This document shows, one piece after another, positions 1 to 7,835 of a DNA stretch of 58,316 nucleotides. Each line of letters opens with the position of its first letter. The stretch's first letter is position 1. The translations under genes were made by a program, and so were the position numbers. Below the pieces are notes generated by a model. The model was not told the origin of the DNA. It made no database searches and saw only the letters and a list, made by a program, of their open reading frames with translations. The DNA is from a virus (Duplodnaviria; Caudoviricetes). Location: IMG/VR virus record IMGVR_UViG_3300043449_000381, positions 1 through 58,316 of that record; one strand, 5' to 3'.

Positions 1-991
1 GATCCGGCTGACATATCTCGCACAGAGATGCCAGTTCTCCAGCAAACTCCGCAAGTTCCATACTACCGATAGAACCTGATGTATCGATAGGCACGATGAT
101 CTCGCCCACCGTCTCGCTGATTGTTGTTGGCATGTAATCATCATCAGCCAAGCGACGACGATTGAACCTGCGCCATGTCAACTCATCAGCACCACGCACG
201 AAACTTGTCACGAACTGCGACAACTCCTCCCTCCAATTGACCGAACCCTCCACCATCTCCGACACGCTACGGGGCAGCGTAACGCCCATGCGACCTGCGA
301 GGATGCTGCCCTCATGGATCGCCTCGTTGATGTCCTCGGACAATTCCTTCAGCGCCTCGTCATCCATCTGCTCAACATTGTCGAAATCATGCTCGTCCAT
401 GCCGCTCAGATCGAATGTCTCGTTGCCGATAGTTACCGACTCTTCACCTGAAGAACCCTTATCTCGCTGCGGCTCACCCTTGGGTAGCGGGTTGCCACGC
501 CCACCACTTCCAGCTTGATCCTTGGGCTGACCAGTCTTGAGATAGTCATACACCTCACGCACCGACCAGCCAATGAACCGCTCGTCATACAACCCACCCT
601 CGGGCAGACGGCACAGATTCTTGTCCTTGATCGCCATGATGATCGCGTTAGCCACATAGTCCGCAGCAGCGTTAGCCAGTCGCGGGTCTGCTTTCCACAG
701 ATCAGTATGGCGAGGCAGGTGCTTCAGGATTACATGTAAATTCTCATGTAACACTAGACCGGCCACCTCCAGATCGTCCAAGGTGGACATGAACCGCGCA
801 CCGTACCGCTTGTTGTAACCATCGGTGTATGCGGTAGGACAACTATCAATGATGGAAGACTCACCCATCATGATCACCCCTGCGTACAGACAAGTCTCAG
901 GGTGCTGAATCAGACGCATATGCGCCTTCTTCAGTTTGTTCATCAGCACTTCGTAATCGAGTGCGTCTTGGACTGCGTTTGCTAATTGCAT
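1..991 (-). CDS. HExxH metallopeptidase-like + VWA domain protein (DUF2201-like), runs off window start
   Basis: Not in the ORF track because it is truncated. Manual translation from ATG at 991: MQLANAVQDALDY...PTAYTDG...LHENLH... and near position 60 IIVPIDTSGSIG (MIDAS DxSGS). Directly downstream of the AAA ATPase. Confidence 0.8.
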   Translation of the reverse strand, partial: MQLANAVQDALDYEVLMNKLKKAHMRLIQHPETCLYAGVIMMGESSIIDSCPTAYTDGYNKRYGARFMSTLDDLEVAGLVLHENLHVILKHLPRHTDLWKADPRLANAAADYVANAIIMAIKDKNLCRLPEGGLYDERFIGWSVREVYDYLKTGQPKDQAGSGGRGNPLPKGEPQRDKGSSGEESVTIGNETFDLSGMDEHDFDNVEQMDDEALKELSEDINEAIHEGSILAGRMGVTLPRSVSEMVEGSVNWREELSQFVTSFVRGADELTWRRFNRRRLADDDYMPTTISETVGEIIVPIDTSGSIGSMELAEFAGELASLCEICQPD

Positions 992-1006
992 GATCCCCTC
1001 CAGTTA

Positions 1007-2134
1007 TTAAGACAGCATGTCGATGTTCTTGCTCGCCCACTGCTTGACCTGCTCGTTGTTCTTCGCCAGTCGCACGGTGCGCTTGTCCTTCATCAGCATA
1101 TAAAAGAATATGCCTTTGCTCTCGCTCGACGGGATGCGATCCACGAACTGCATGAACGATGACAACTCATCCTGCGTCGTGATTGTGTCCACGGCATTGA
1201 ACATCATAAGGAACAGCGCGGCGGGTTTGTCGGGCATCGCCACAGTCATCGGATTCTTGATGACCTCGGCAACATCGATCAACTCTTTCTCCATCGTGAT
1301 GAACGCCATCAACGCCTCAGCCGCAGAGACACCAATCGTGCCAGCCAACGCTGCCTTGAACATGTTCTTGCTGACCTTCTTCTCGTTGCGCACCACCACA
1401 TCACACAGCGCCAACGAACGGGGACTGACGAACGACAGCACAGAGTTACCCGGCTTGAAGATGTACGGATTATCTTCTTGCCCACCATCAAGGTATGACG
1501 CAAGGCAGCGCGGCTCCATCGCAACCCATGCCCTGATCGAACGGGCGATACCCTTCTCAGTCGCCCACGGCAACCACTTGAACATGTTGGGCTTGCGTAC
1601 CTTGAGGATCATCACCCGGTTACCTGAATGGGCGAGCATGCTGTCACCCACACCATCGGACTGATTGTTGCTCGTGCCAAGGACCACCGACCCATCAGGC
1701 AGACCACGATCACCCGCCATACGCTCCAGCATCAGGCGAGTAAACAATACCTGAAGCAGCTTGGGCGCTTTCAGCACCTCGTCGAGCATGATGATCTTGG
1801 GCTTGGGGCTATCGAGCTTGAACAACTCGCTCGCGTAATACTCCAGCCGTTTCGTCTCATGCACAGGGATGTGCATACCGGTATCGCCCAAGTCCTTGAG
1901 CGGACAATCGACATAGATGTAATCATATTTGTCGTTGGGATACTCAGTCGTGTCCCGCGTGCTACGCCATTGATCACCGTTCAGTTTGGCAATCTCTGCC
2001 AACACCGAAGACTTGCCTACGCCCGGCTCGCTTTGCAGGATCGGGGTGATTGTCTCGCCGTACAGCATGATTGCCTCGGGCAACTCGTTGATCTCGACCT
2101 GCACCTCAAGGGACATTGCGTTCTTGTTAGCCAT
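1007..2134 (-). CDS. MoxR-like AAA+ ATPase
   Basis: Walker A SEPGVGKS, Walker B IIMLDE, GTSN sensor, SPRS motif; adjacent VWA protein. Confidence 0.85.
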   Translation of the reverse strand: MANKNAMSLEVQVEINELPEAIMLYGETITPILQSEPGVGKSSVLAEIAKLNGDQWRSTRDTTEYPNDKYDYIYVDCPLKDLGDTGMHIPVHETKRLEYYASELFKLDSPKPKIIMLDEVLKAPKLLQVLFTRLMLERMAGDRGLPDGSVVLGTSNNQSDGVGDSMLAHSGNRVMILKVRKPNMFKWLPWATEKGIARSIRAWVAMEPRCLASYLDGGQEDNPYIFKPGNSVLSFVSPRSLALCDVVVRNEKKVSKNMFKAALAGTIGVSAAEALMAFITMEKELIDVAEVIKNPMTVAMPDKPAALFLMMFNAVDTITTQDELSSFMQFVDRIPSSESKGIFFYMLMKDKRTVRLAKNNEQVKQWASKNIDMLS

Positions 2135-2154
2135 TGCGTTTCTCCTAGTTAATG

Positions 2155-2172
2155 TTTCTTCGATTGATGAAA
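2155..2172. promoter_or_regulatory. 18-bp palindromic operator-like site, copy 1 of 6
   Basis: TTTCTTCGATTGATGAAA just upstream of the ATPase RBS. Confidence 0.65.
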
Positions 2173-2179
2173 TTAAAAC

Positions 2180-3094
2180 TCAAACACCTGATCTCGGGCG
2201 GAACTTAGCGAGGATGTCGTCAATGTCATTCTTGACTGTCTCTCGCACAGCCACGGACTCTTTGAGCATGTCCACATTCAGCCCACGCAGCGTAGACTCC
2301 AGCGCCTGTCGTGCTTCCTCCAATGGCTGGTTGTTTGTCAGATTGAAAGACTTGAATGTCTCGCAATACTCCAGCGCCTTTGTGATTGTCGTGTCGTAAA
2401 TCTTGCGCTTCTTGAACTTGATCTCCCCGTTCTTGTCGGTTGTCTCGTCCACCCCACAGCAATGACTGATGCTCGTCATCACATTGATGAACTGCTCGGC
2501 TTGCTTGTGCATGATGTTGTCGATGATCGTCTGCGCTTGCTTACTGTAGTTGTTAAACAAATCATCAGCCAAGTCTTGAGCGATAGCGCAGCGGAAGTCG
2601 CCCAGCGGTATCTCGCTGGTGTATAACTCGACACGGAACTTGTTGCGGATCAGCGCAGCGTCGGGATAGTTGTTTCGGTCAAACATATCTCCTTGAATGA
2701 ACGCCATGTTCGCCACGATGCTCGGATACTTGGCAACGAACGCATCGGCAAGGTCGTCGAACGCTTGCTTGTGCAGCTTGAACTCGGCGGTGAACTTGGG
2801 CAGATCAACGAACGGCAGCACGGACTGTGACCCGCTCCAGTCGTAAGCGCGGCGCTTGATCCAGTTGTATATGGTCTGCCGATAGTTGAGAACTTTCTTG
2901 TGGTCGGGATCGTTAGCCAGCAGGTGCTCGATGAACCGTCCGCTGTCCTTGCTCGCTTTCTTGCTCGCGGTCACTTCCTCGGACACGGTGCGGTTCTGCT
3001 TGGTCGCCGTCCACACATGCACATCGACTGTGACAAGTATTGATGAAGTGGCGAGGGACACGATGTGCTGCGGCTTTTTCAATTGCGTTTCCAT
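2180..3094 (-). CDS. DUF3150-like hypothetical protein
   Basis: 304-aa ORF with AGGAG RBS; helical, FDRNNYP motif; usual neighbour of phage AAA/VWA pairs (from recall). Confidence 0.55.
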   Translation of the reverse strand: METQLKKPQHIVSLATSSILVTVDVHVWTATKQNRTVSEEVTASKKASKDSGRFIEHLLANDPDHKKVLNYRQTIYNWIKRRAYDWSGSQSVLPFVDLPKFTAEFKLHKQAFDDLADAFVAKYPSIVANMAFIQGDMFDRNNYPDAALIRNKFRVELYTSEIPLGDFRCAIAQDLADDLFNNYSKQAQTIIDNIMHKQAEQFINVMTSISHCCGVDETTDKNGEIKFKKRKIYDTTITKALEYCETFKSFNLTNNQPLEEARQALESTLRGLNVDMLKESVAVRETVKNDIDDILAKFRPRSGV

Positions 3095-3113
3095 GACTAT
3101 CTCCTAATTAAAG

Positions 3114-3131
3114 TTTCATCGATTGATGAAA
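3114..3131. promoter_or_regulatory. 18-bp palindromic operator-like site, copy 2
   Basis: TTTCATCGATTGATGAAA between the promoter and RBS of 2180..3094. Confidence 0.65.
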
Positions 3132-3177
3132 TGCTATTCAAGTGAACTACTCGGTTACTTCTCGACCTACAAACACC

Positions 3178-3206
3178 ATCATACAGGAACTTGACATATA
3201 GGTCAA
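3178..3206 (-). promoter_or_regulatory. sigma70-type promoter
   Basis: Minus strand TTGACC-17 nt-TATGAT; the -35 lies inside a TTGAC-N6-GTCAA inverted repeat (3191-3206). Confidence 0.75.
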
Positions 3207-3210
3207 TACG

Positions 3211-3390
3211 TCAACTTGTCTTTCTGTCCAACCTTTCAAACCATTTAACTACCTCCCCATCCATGTCCTTGTTCATCCTGTCGAGCAATCTGCTTATCAC
3301 GTGCTGGGCGTGGTATTTCCCCAGCCGTTCGCCCAGCTTGAACGACACCAACATGCACAACCCCATGAACAACCCAATCTCGATACTCAT
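3211..3390 (-). CDS. small hypothetical protein with hydrophobic N-terminus
   Basis: Manual translation MSIEIGLFMGLCMLVSFKLGE...; GGAGG RBS. Confidence 0.6.
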   Translation of the reverse strand: MSIEIGLFMGLCMLVSFKLGERLGKYHAQHVISRLLDRMNKDMDGEVVKWFERLDRKTS

Positions 3391-3464
3391 GTCACACCTC
3401 CAATGAGAACATCAACAACACAAAAAAGTAGAACGCGGTCAGTCCTACCATCACCCATACAACA

Positions 3465-3644
3465 TCAATCAGTCGTTGCATCACGCTGCCTCTTTTCAAA
3501 GATGCCGGTCACTTCCATCTCGCCATTCGCGGAGATAATGTCAAACTCATCTTGCATCTTCTGCTCCGCGTCCTCGGCATCCTCTGCCTCGACCGTGACC
3601 GTCTGCCAGTAAGTGGCGATCACCATGCCCGTGTACGTTTTCAT
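3465..3644 (-). CDS. small acidic hypothetical protein
   Basis: MKTYTGMVIATYWQTVTVEAEDAEDA...; GGAGG RBS; overlaps the upstream stop. Confidence 0.65.
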   Translation of the reverse strand: MKTYTGMVIATYWQTVTVEAEDAEDAEQKMQDEFDIISANGEMEVTGIFEKRQRDATTD

Positions 3645-3775
3645 TTCAGTTCCTCCGCAATTTGCCAAGTGATCTTGGCTTCAGGGTTCAGTCGTTGCCT
3701 CTCAGCCCAATACGGCACAGCCCACGCAAGATTAGTTTCAACCACGATCAGCTTGCCTTTCACAAATATCCGCAT
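3641..3775 (-). CDS. small hypothetical protein
   Basis: Manual translation MRIFVKGKLIVVETNLAWAVPYW...; GGAGG RBS; fills the gap in a tightly packed operon. Confidence 0.6.
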   Translation of the reverse strand: MRIFVKGKLIVVETNLAWAVPYWAERQRLNPEAKITWQIAEELK

Positions 3776-3776
3776 C

Positions 3777-3980
3777 TCACACCTCCTCGATATTAGTAAC
3801 CACAAAACCTTCGCTGATAGTGCAACCTACGATGAGCGGTTCTCCATCCATGTAATAAAAAATCTGCTCATCATCGGTATCGTTGTAACCATCCCAACTT
3901 TTTAACGCCACCTTGACTGTAAAAATGCGATCTGCTTCATCACTCCAATAGCCCGTTACTGTTTTATATTCGTATTTCAT
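3777..3980 (-). CDS. small hypothetical protein
   Basis: 67-aa ORF MKYEYKTVTGYW..., GGAGG RBS. Confidence 0.65.
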   Translation of the reverse strand: MKYEYKTVTGYWSDEADRIFTVKVALKSWDGYNDTDDEQIFYYMDGEPLIVGCTISEGFVVTNIEEV

Positions 3981-3981
3981 C

Positions 3982-4158
3982 TCACACCTCCTTAATGATT
4001 GATAACATTCTTATTTCATAATCTGTGGTTGTTATCCCATTGTGCAGGTCGCCCTGCTTGCACAGGTGCATGTCCTTGTCCGCTACCTGCTCGTCAAAGT
4101 ACGCACCCACCACATCGCCGTCAGCCAACAACAAATGCACAAACATCGGCTCACTCAT
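3982..4158 (-). CDS. small hypothetical protein
   Basis: Manual translation MSEPMFVHLLLADGDVVGAYFDE...; stop abuts the next start. Confidence 0.55.
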   Translation of the reverse strand: MSEPMFVHLLLADGDVVGAYFDEQVADKDMHLCKQGDLHNGITTTDYEIRMLSIIKEV

Positions 4159-4198
4159 GTCACCCCCCGTTTCTTTATGCGAACGCTTTCGCGTTCAA

Positions 4199-4216
4199 CT
4201 TCATCAGTTGAAGAAA
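4199..4216. promoter_or_regulatory. 18-bp palindromic operator-like site, copy 3
   Basis: CTTCATCAGTTGAAGAAA in an intergenic gap. Confidence 0.6.
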
Positions 4217-4227
4217 TCTTAAATGGT

Positions 4228-4401
4228 TCAGAACGGTGCAGCTTCTGGTTCTGGTCGCTTGGGTTTCTCGGTGTCGATGATCCTCGATCCGACCTTGCTG
4301 TTGTAGAACAGGGCAGCGCAGTAAGTCTCTGCTCCAAGTCGGGTCGTGAAAGACCGTTCAAGAGATTTTTTCTTTGGTATTGCCTCGACGCGGTAGCGCA
4401 T
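4228..4401 (-). CDS. small hypothetical protein
   Basis: Manual translation MRYRVEAIPKKKSLERSF...; TGATG coupling to the upstream gene. Confidence 0.55.
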   Translation of the reverse strand: MRYRVEAIPKKKSLERSFTTRLGAETYCAALFYNSKVGSRIIDTEKPKRPEPEAAPF

Positions 4402-4736
4402 CACTCAACTCCCTTCTGCGCCCACAACATGGCGTGTTTAATAGTGTCCAGCACTGAAGTTGGCGGGTTTATCCCCGCGTCGGTCAACATCTCGCACAGT
4501 TTTTCTATGTCGCCGCGCATGAGGTTGATCAAGTGGAATGCGTCCGCTAAATCGTCACCCTCCATTCTGAACGCACCCTTGTCTCCATCCCACAGCGCGA
4601 GGAATTCCGCGAGGTTGCCGATCAACGCGCCCACATCGACATATGTGTTCTCGCCATCCAATAAAACAAAATAAGTGCTACGCAGCATCTGAATCAGTTT
4701 GTCTATCTCACTCCTCCGAATCAGTTTGTCCATCAC
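4401..4736 (-). CDS. hypothetical protein, paralog of 4733..5266
   Basis: Shares an LIRRxExDKLIxML...EFxALWxGDxGAF block with its neighbour. Confidence 0.7.
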   Translation of the reverse strand: MMDKLIRRSEIDKLIQMLRSTYFVLLDGENTYVDVGALIGNLAEFLALWDGDKGAFRMEGDDLADAFHLINLMRGDIEKLCEMLTDAGINPPTSVLDTIKHAMLWAQKGVE

Positions 4737-5266
4737 TCGTCCCCTTTCAGCAAGTCGCCCGCCTTTTTCAGCAATATAAATTTTTCTACCTCAGCCTCGG
4801 CATCCTCCACCCCTTTCAGCTTGTTCACCAACGCCACCAGCGCCGGGGTCTTGTCCTCGTCACTACTGAACGCCCCCTCGTCCCCTTCCCACAGCGCGAT
4901 AAATTCCCCTAGACACCCGATCAACTTGTCCACATCGACATGGGTGTCTCCACCATCGACCAAGGCAAAGTACGCGCCATTGAGCATTTCAATTAGTTTG
5001 TCCATCTCACCCCTCCGAATCAGTAAGTCGTTCGCCCTCTTTAGCGATACCGGCGCGACGAACTCGGTCTTGGTTGTGCGTGGGTTGAATACAAATTCTT
5101 CTACCTCAGCCTCCATTTCGCAATAGTCAGCCACGCCTGTGTCGTAACCACGCTTGAACCAATGTGCCTCGGGTTCACCATCAAACAAGTTGTCGTACAC
5201 GCCCACGGTTCGCCCGTAGTAGTAGCCCACCGCGTGGGCGTATAGTTCTTTATTAGTCATGTTCAT
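4733..5266 (-). CDS. hypothetical protein, paralog of 4401..4736
   Basis: 177-aa ORF with ATGA overlaps on both sides. Confidence 0.7.
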   Translation of the reverse strand: MNMTNKELYAHAVGYYYGRTVGVYDNLFDGEPEAHWFKRGYDTGVADYCEMEAEVEEFVFNPRTTKTEFVAPVSLKRANDLLIRRGEMDKLIEMLNGAYFALVDGGDTHVDVDKLIGCLGEFIALWEGDEGAFSSDEDKTPALVALVNKLKGVEDAEAEVEKFILLKKAGDLLKGDE

Positions 5267-5490
5267 CCCCTAAGATTTTTCTGATTGGTGTTACGCAGGA
5301 CGGACAGCGCAGCGTCAGCGGTCACTAACTGATAACCACCTTTGCCGTACTGCTGCACCACGCACCACGACATACGCTCCAGTCGGGCTTGTTCCTCGCC
5401 ACACATCAGGCAGGTCTGTCTGCCCGTTGCCCAGCGGGATGCGGGCACATTGTCGCCGCACCACATACAAAAATAATTATTACTCGCCAT
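5263..5490 (-). CDS. C4 zinc-finger protein, DksA/TraR zinc-finger-like
   Basis: CMWCGDNVPASRWATGRQTCLMC matches the CxxCGxxIPxxR...CxxC spacing. Confidence 0.6.
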   Translation of the reverse strand: MASNNYFCMWCGDNVPASRWATGRQTCLMCGEEQARLERMSWCVVQQYGKGGYQLVTADAALSVLRNTNQKNLRG

Positions 5491-5501
5491 GATTGTCTCC
5501 G

Positions 5502-5519
5502 TTTCATCAGTTGAAGAAA
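5502..5519. promoter_or_regulatory. 18-bp palindromic operator-like site, copy 4
   Basis: TTTCATCAGTTGAAGAAA abutting the RBS of 5263..5490. Confidence 0.65.
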
Positions 5520-5566
5520 TGTTACTTGGCGGCGCTTTGTGGGCGCACTCTCGACTTACAGAACCA

Positions 5567-5595
5567 ATTATACAGTAACTTTACATATTGATCAA
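5567..5595 (-). promoter_or_regulatory. sigma70-type promoter
   Basis: Minus strand TTGATC-17 nt-TATAAT. Confidence 0.8.
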
Positions 5596-6126
5596 TGGGG
5601 ATGAATGTGTTTCTGTGAGGGTCGGGGCTGTGTTCTGTTTGTTCTGCGCTGTTCTATGGGGTCAAATTTGTAAGTGCTTGATTACAAAGGGAATGTTGGA
5701 GTTTTGTTCTGTTTGTTCTATGCGCTAACTTTATCTATAGAACGCCTTAGTTGACTTATTTGGTGGTAGTGGGGTGGAGGTAAGTCATTGTTTTTATTAT
5801 ATATTTTATAAAATAATAATAATAATAATAAGAAGAAAATAGAGAGTCTGTTCTATTTGTTCTTGTTCTAGATAGGACAACGGGAAAAAGGGGTGTTTGG
5901 TCTTGCACTTGCGGCGTTGCCCTCTCGCTCCCCTTTTTTGCACGGCTCCCCCCGGCTTTACTCCGCAGAACACGGAACAACAGAACAAAATGAAAATACG
6001 CTAAGACTTTGCGCTTTTCAAACCTCAATAAAATCAAGGACTTACCTCGTTTCATACGGGGTAAACTAGGCGCATTTCTTGTTCTATAGCTAAAGTTACG
6101 AAATAGAACAAACAGAACAAAACCGA
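5596..6126. repeat. non-coding iteron-like region with AT-rich core and IHF-like sites (candidate replication origin)
   Basis: Many TGTTCT/AGAACA hexamers in both orientations; AT tract with (AAT)n at about 5790-5840; WATCAANNNNTTR matches at 5671-5683 (-) and 6032-6044 (+), near-match at 5781-5793. Confidence 0.55.
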
Positions 6127-6144
6127 CTTCATCACCTGAAGAAA
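6127..6144. promoter_or_regulatory. 18-bp palindromic operator-like site, copy 5
   Basis: CTTCATCACCTGAAGAAA. Confidence 0.6.
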
Positions 6145-6296
6145 CGCTATTTAGCGCCGCTGTGGGCATATCAGTTTCTCGATTGTTTAAATGACGGGCA
6201 ACATCGATTTCGCGATTGTTTAACTGATGGTCGCCCCTCGCCCACGCGAACATAGGCGCGCGCACAAACAGAGAACTGGCATCGCGAAGCGAGGAC

Positions 6297-6332
6297 AAAA
6301 AAAAGCCCCGCCGATCTTGCGACCGGCAGGGC
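6297..6332 (-). terminator. rho-independent terminator
   Basis: Minus strand GCCCTGCCGGTC-GCAA-GATCGGCGGGGC followed by T8, just after the stop of 6349..6978. Confidence 0.85.
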
Positions 6333-6348
6333 AGGGTGCTGCGTGGTG

Positions 6349-6978
6349 TTACTTGAGTGCGGCTTTGAAGGCTGCTACCGCTGCATTGAATTTCAACTCA
6401 GACGGCACGGTCTTATCACCCCGTGCTAGTGCTGGTTTGAATTTCTTTTTCAGCGACTTGAACGCGTTTTCCATAGTCACGCTCCAATCGTCCGGGGCGC
6501 TGCGTTTACGCGTCTCGCCTTCCTGCATCGCGTTATACGATGCGACAAGGCGATTCCAGACCTGACTGCGATTCTGCGATACCGCCGTGCGAATCTCGCC
6601 GACAATGCTATGCAGGTTCGGTTGTTTCGCCTTGATCTTGCCGAAAGCCTGTCCGGTGTAAGACATCGCATATTCAATGTCTAACCGAACAACCTGTTTT
6701 CCCTCCGGCATTTTCTCGCCGGTGATTGGGATATAAACATCCTCGCCTTCCTGCGAGTAGAGAAACGGCTTTTTCGCCTTGTTGCGATTCTCTTGCTGAC
6801 GCAGATCAACACCTACAAAAAACTCAGCCTTGGATTCGTCCGATACATCATTCGGGAATCCTGCGATGTGTTCTTTAGCTTTGAGCGCTAATTCGCTGCC
6901 GCGCTCAACATAGCTAGAAAACTCATAGCCAAAATTGCGAAGGTCAAACTGTTGCGTTGTTGCGTTGGCTTTTGCCAT
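6349..6978 (-). CDS. early hypothetical protein
   Basis: 209-aa ORF with AGGAG RBS, its own promoter and its own terminator. Confidence 0.8.
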   Translation of the reverse strand: MAKANATTQQFDLRNFGYEFSSYVERGSELALKAKEHIAGFPNDVSDESKAEFFVGVDLRQQENRNKAKKPFLYSQEGEDVYIPITGEKMPEGKQVVRLDIEYAMSYTGQAFGKIKAKQPNLHSIVGEIRTAVSQNRSQVWNRLVASYNAMQEGETRKRSAPDDWSVTMENAFKSLKKKFKPALARGDKTVPSELKFNAAVAAFKAALK

Positions 6979-7026
6979 TGTCGTTACTCCTAGTTGATCG
7001 TCCGCGTAATTGCGTCCGATGAGTGA

Positions 7027-7073
7027 ATTCTACGCGACAGCTCTTATATGTCAAGTTTCATCGCCTGAAGAAA
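7027..7073 (-). promoter_or_regulatory. sigma70-type promoter with adjacent palindromic operator (copy 6)
   Basis: Minus strand TTGACA-16 nt-TAGAAT (7054-7027); TTTCATCGCCTGAAGAAA at 7056-7073. Confidence 0.75.
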
Positions 7074-7110
7074 TCCTATTTAGCGCGACTACGCCCGCTC
7101 GCCCAGCACG

Positions 7111-7180
7111 CGCCCGACGACAAATAACTGGCATCAAAAGTTTTGGGCACAAAAAAAGGGGAGCCGAAGCTCCCCTTCCT
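7111..7180. repeat. 70-bp direct repeat, copy 1 (contains terminator)
   Basis: 66/70 identical to 7765-7834 by manual comparison. Confidence 0.9.
7151..7176 (-). terminator. rho-independent terminator
   Basis: Minus strand AGGGGAGC-TTCG-GCTCCCCT followed by a T run. Confidence 0.9.
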
Positions 7181-7192
7181 CACGCTGCGCTG

Positions 7193-7639
7193 TCACTCGC
7201 AGCGAATTTCCCATTTCTCTTTCGTTACCAACTCAGTCCCGACCAAAACCTTGCGACAGGTCGGTGAATTGTTTTTTACATAGGCCGCTACCGTGACATG
7301 GATATCATCGACCCGGTAGTGAAAATCCCGGTTCAAAGAATCCGGCCAGTCGCTGGTGCGCACTTCGCTCGTCTTGATATTCTCAAGTGCGTTGAGCACC
7401 ATTTCCAGCCGCATATCCTTGAAAGAATCCAGCTCATCCAAGTTGCAATGGACGCTGCGGGCGCTGTTGTAGAAGAAACCGCTATTCGGCTCGTCACCGA
7501 TTGCCGCAGCCAAAACTGCCCCAATCCGATTCAGTTTCCGCCGATTCGCTTGCATGTCGCGCAGGTCATTGCGCATGTGTTTCACGCTTTCACGGGCGGA
7601 TTGCAGTGCGTTGTTGTATGCGATTTTCGTTTTGGTCAT
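7193..7639 (-). CDS. early hypothetical protein
   Basis: Start set at ATG 7639 after GGAG; own promoter and terminator. Confidence 0.75.
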   Translation of the reverse strand: MTKTKIAYNNALQSARESVKHMRNDLRDMQANRRKLNRIGAVLAAAIGDEPNSGFFYNSARSVHCNLDELDSFKDMRLEMVLNALENIKTSEVRTSDWPDSLNRDFHYRVDDIHVTVAAYVKNNSPTCRKVLVGTELVTKEKWEIRCE

Positions 7640-7672
7640 GCTAGTCTCCAAAAATGTTAGTGATGCAAGAGT

Positions 7673-7729
7673 GTCGATCTGTGCTGCATCGACAGAACAA
7701 ACTTTAACTCACACCATCTAATAGGTCAA
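7673..7729 (-). promoter_or_regulatory. sigma70-type promoter plus repeated 5' leader hairpin
   Basis: TTGACC-17 nt-TAAAGT; 7673-7701 is 28/29 identical to 8312-8340. Confidence 0.7.
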
Positions 7730-7764
7730 GTTTCACGCGCCCGCTTTCGCTCACACGCAACGCA

Positions 7765-7834
7765 CGCCCGACGACAGATAACTGGCATCGGAAATTTTGG
7801 GCACAAAAAAAGGGGAGCCGAAGCTCCCCTTCCT
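7765..7834. repeat. 70-bp direct repeat, copy 2 (contains terminator 7805-7830)
   Basis: 66/70 identical to 7111-7180; same UUCG hairpin and U tract on the minus strand. Confidence 0.9.
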
Positions 7835-7835
7835 G

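Noticed and set aside
441-456. TCTTCACCTGAAGAA resembling the 18-bp operator
   Set aside because: Inside a CDS with mismatched outer arms; could be chance, so it was not counted.
5756-6298. 180-aa minus-strand ORF with poly-Tyr (and 5806..5988 with poly-Ile)
   Set aside because: The homopolymer runs come from the (AAT)n tract. The ORF has no RBS, starts within a terminator U-tract and crosses the repeat region.
5620-7834. Possible CRISPR array or integron attC array
   Set aside because: Repeats are irregular hexamers or 70-bp units separated by whole genes. There is no constant repeat-spacer period, no attC-type core sites were evident, and no integron integrase is present.
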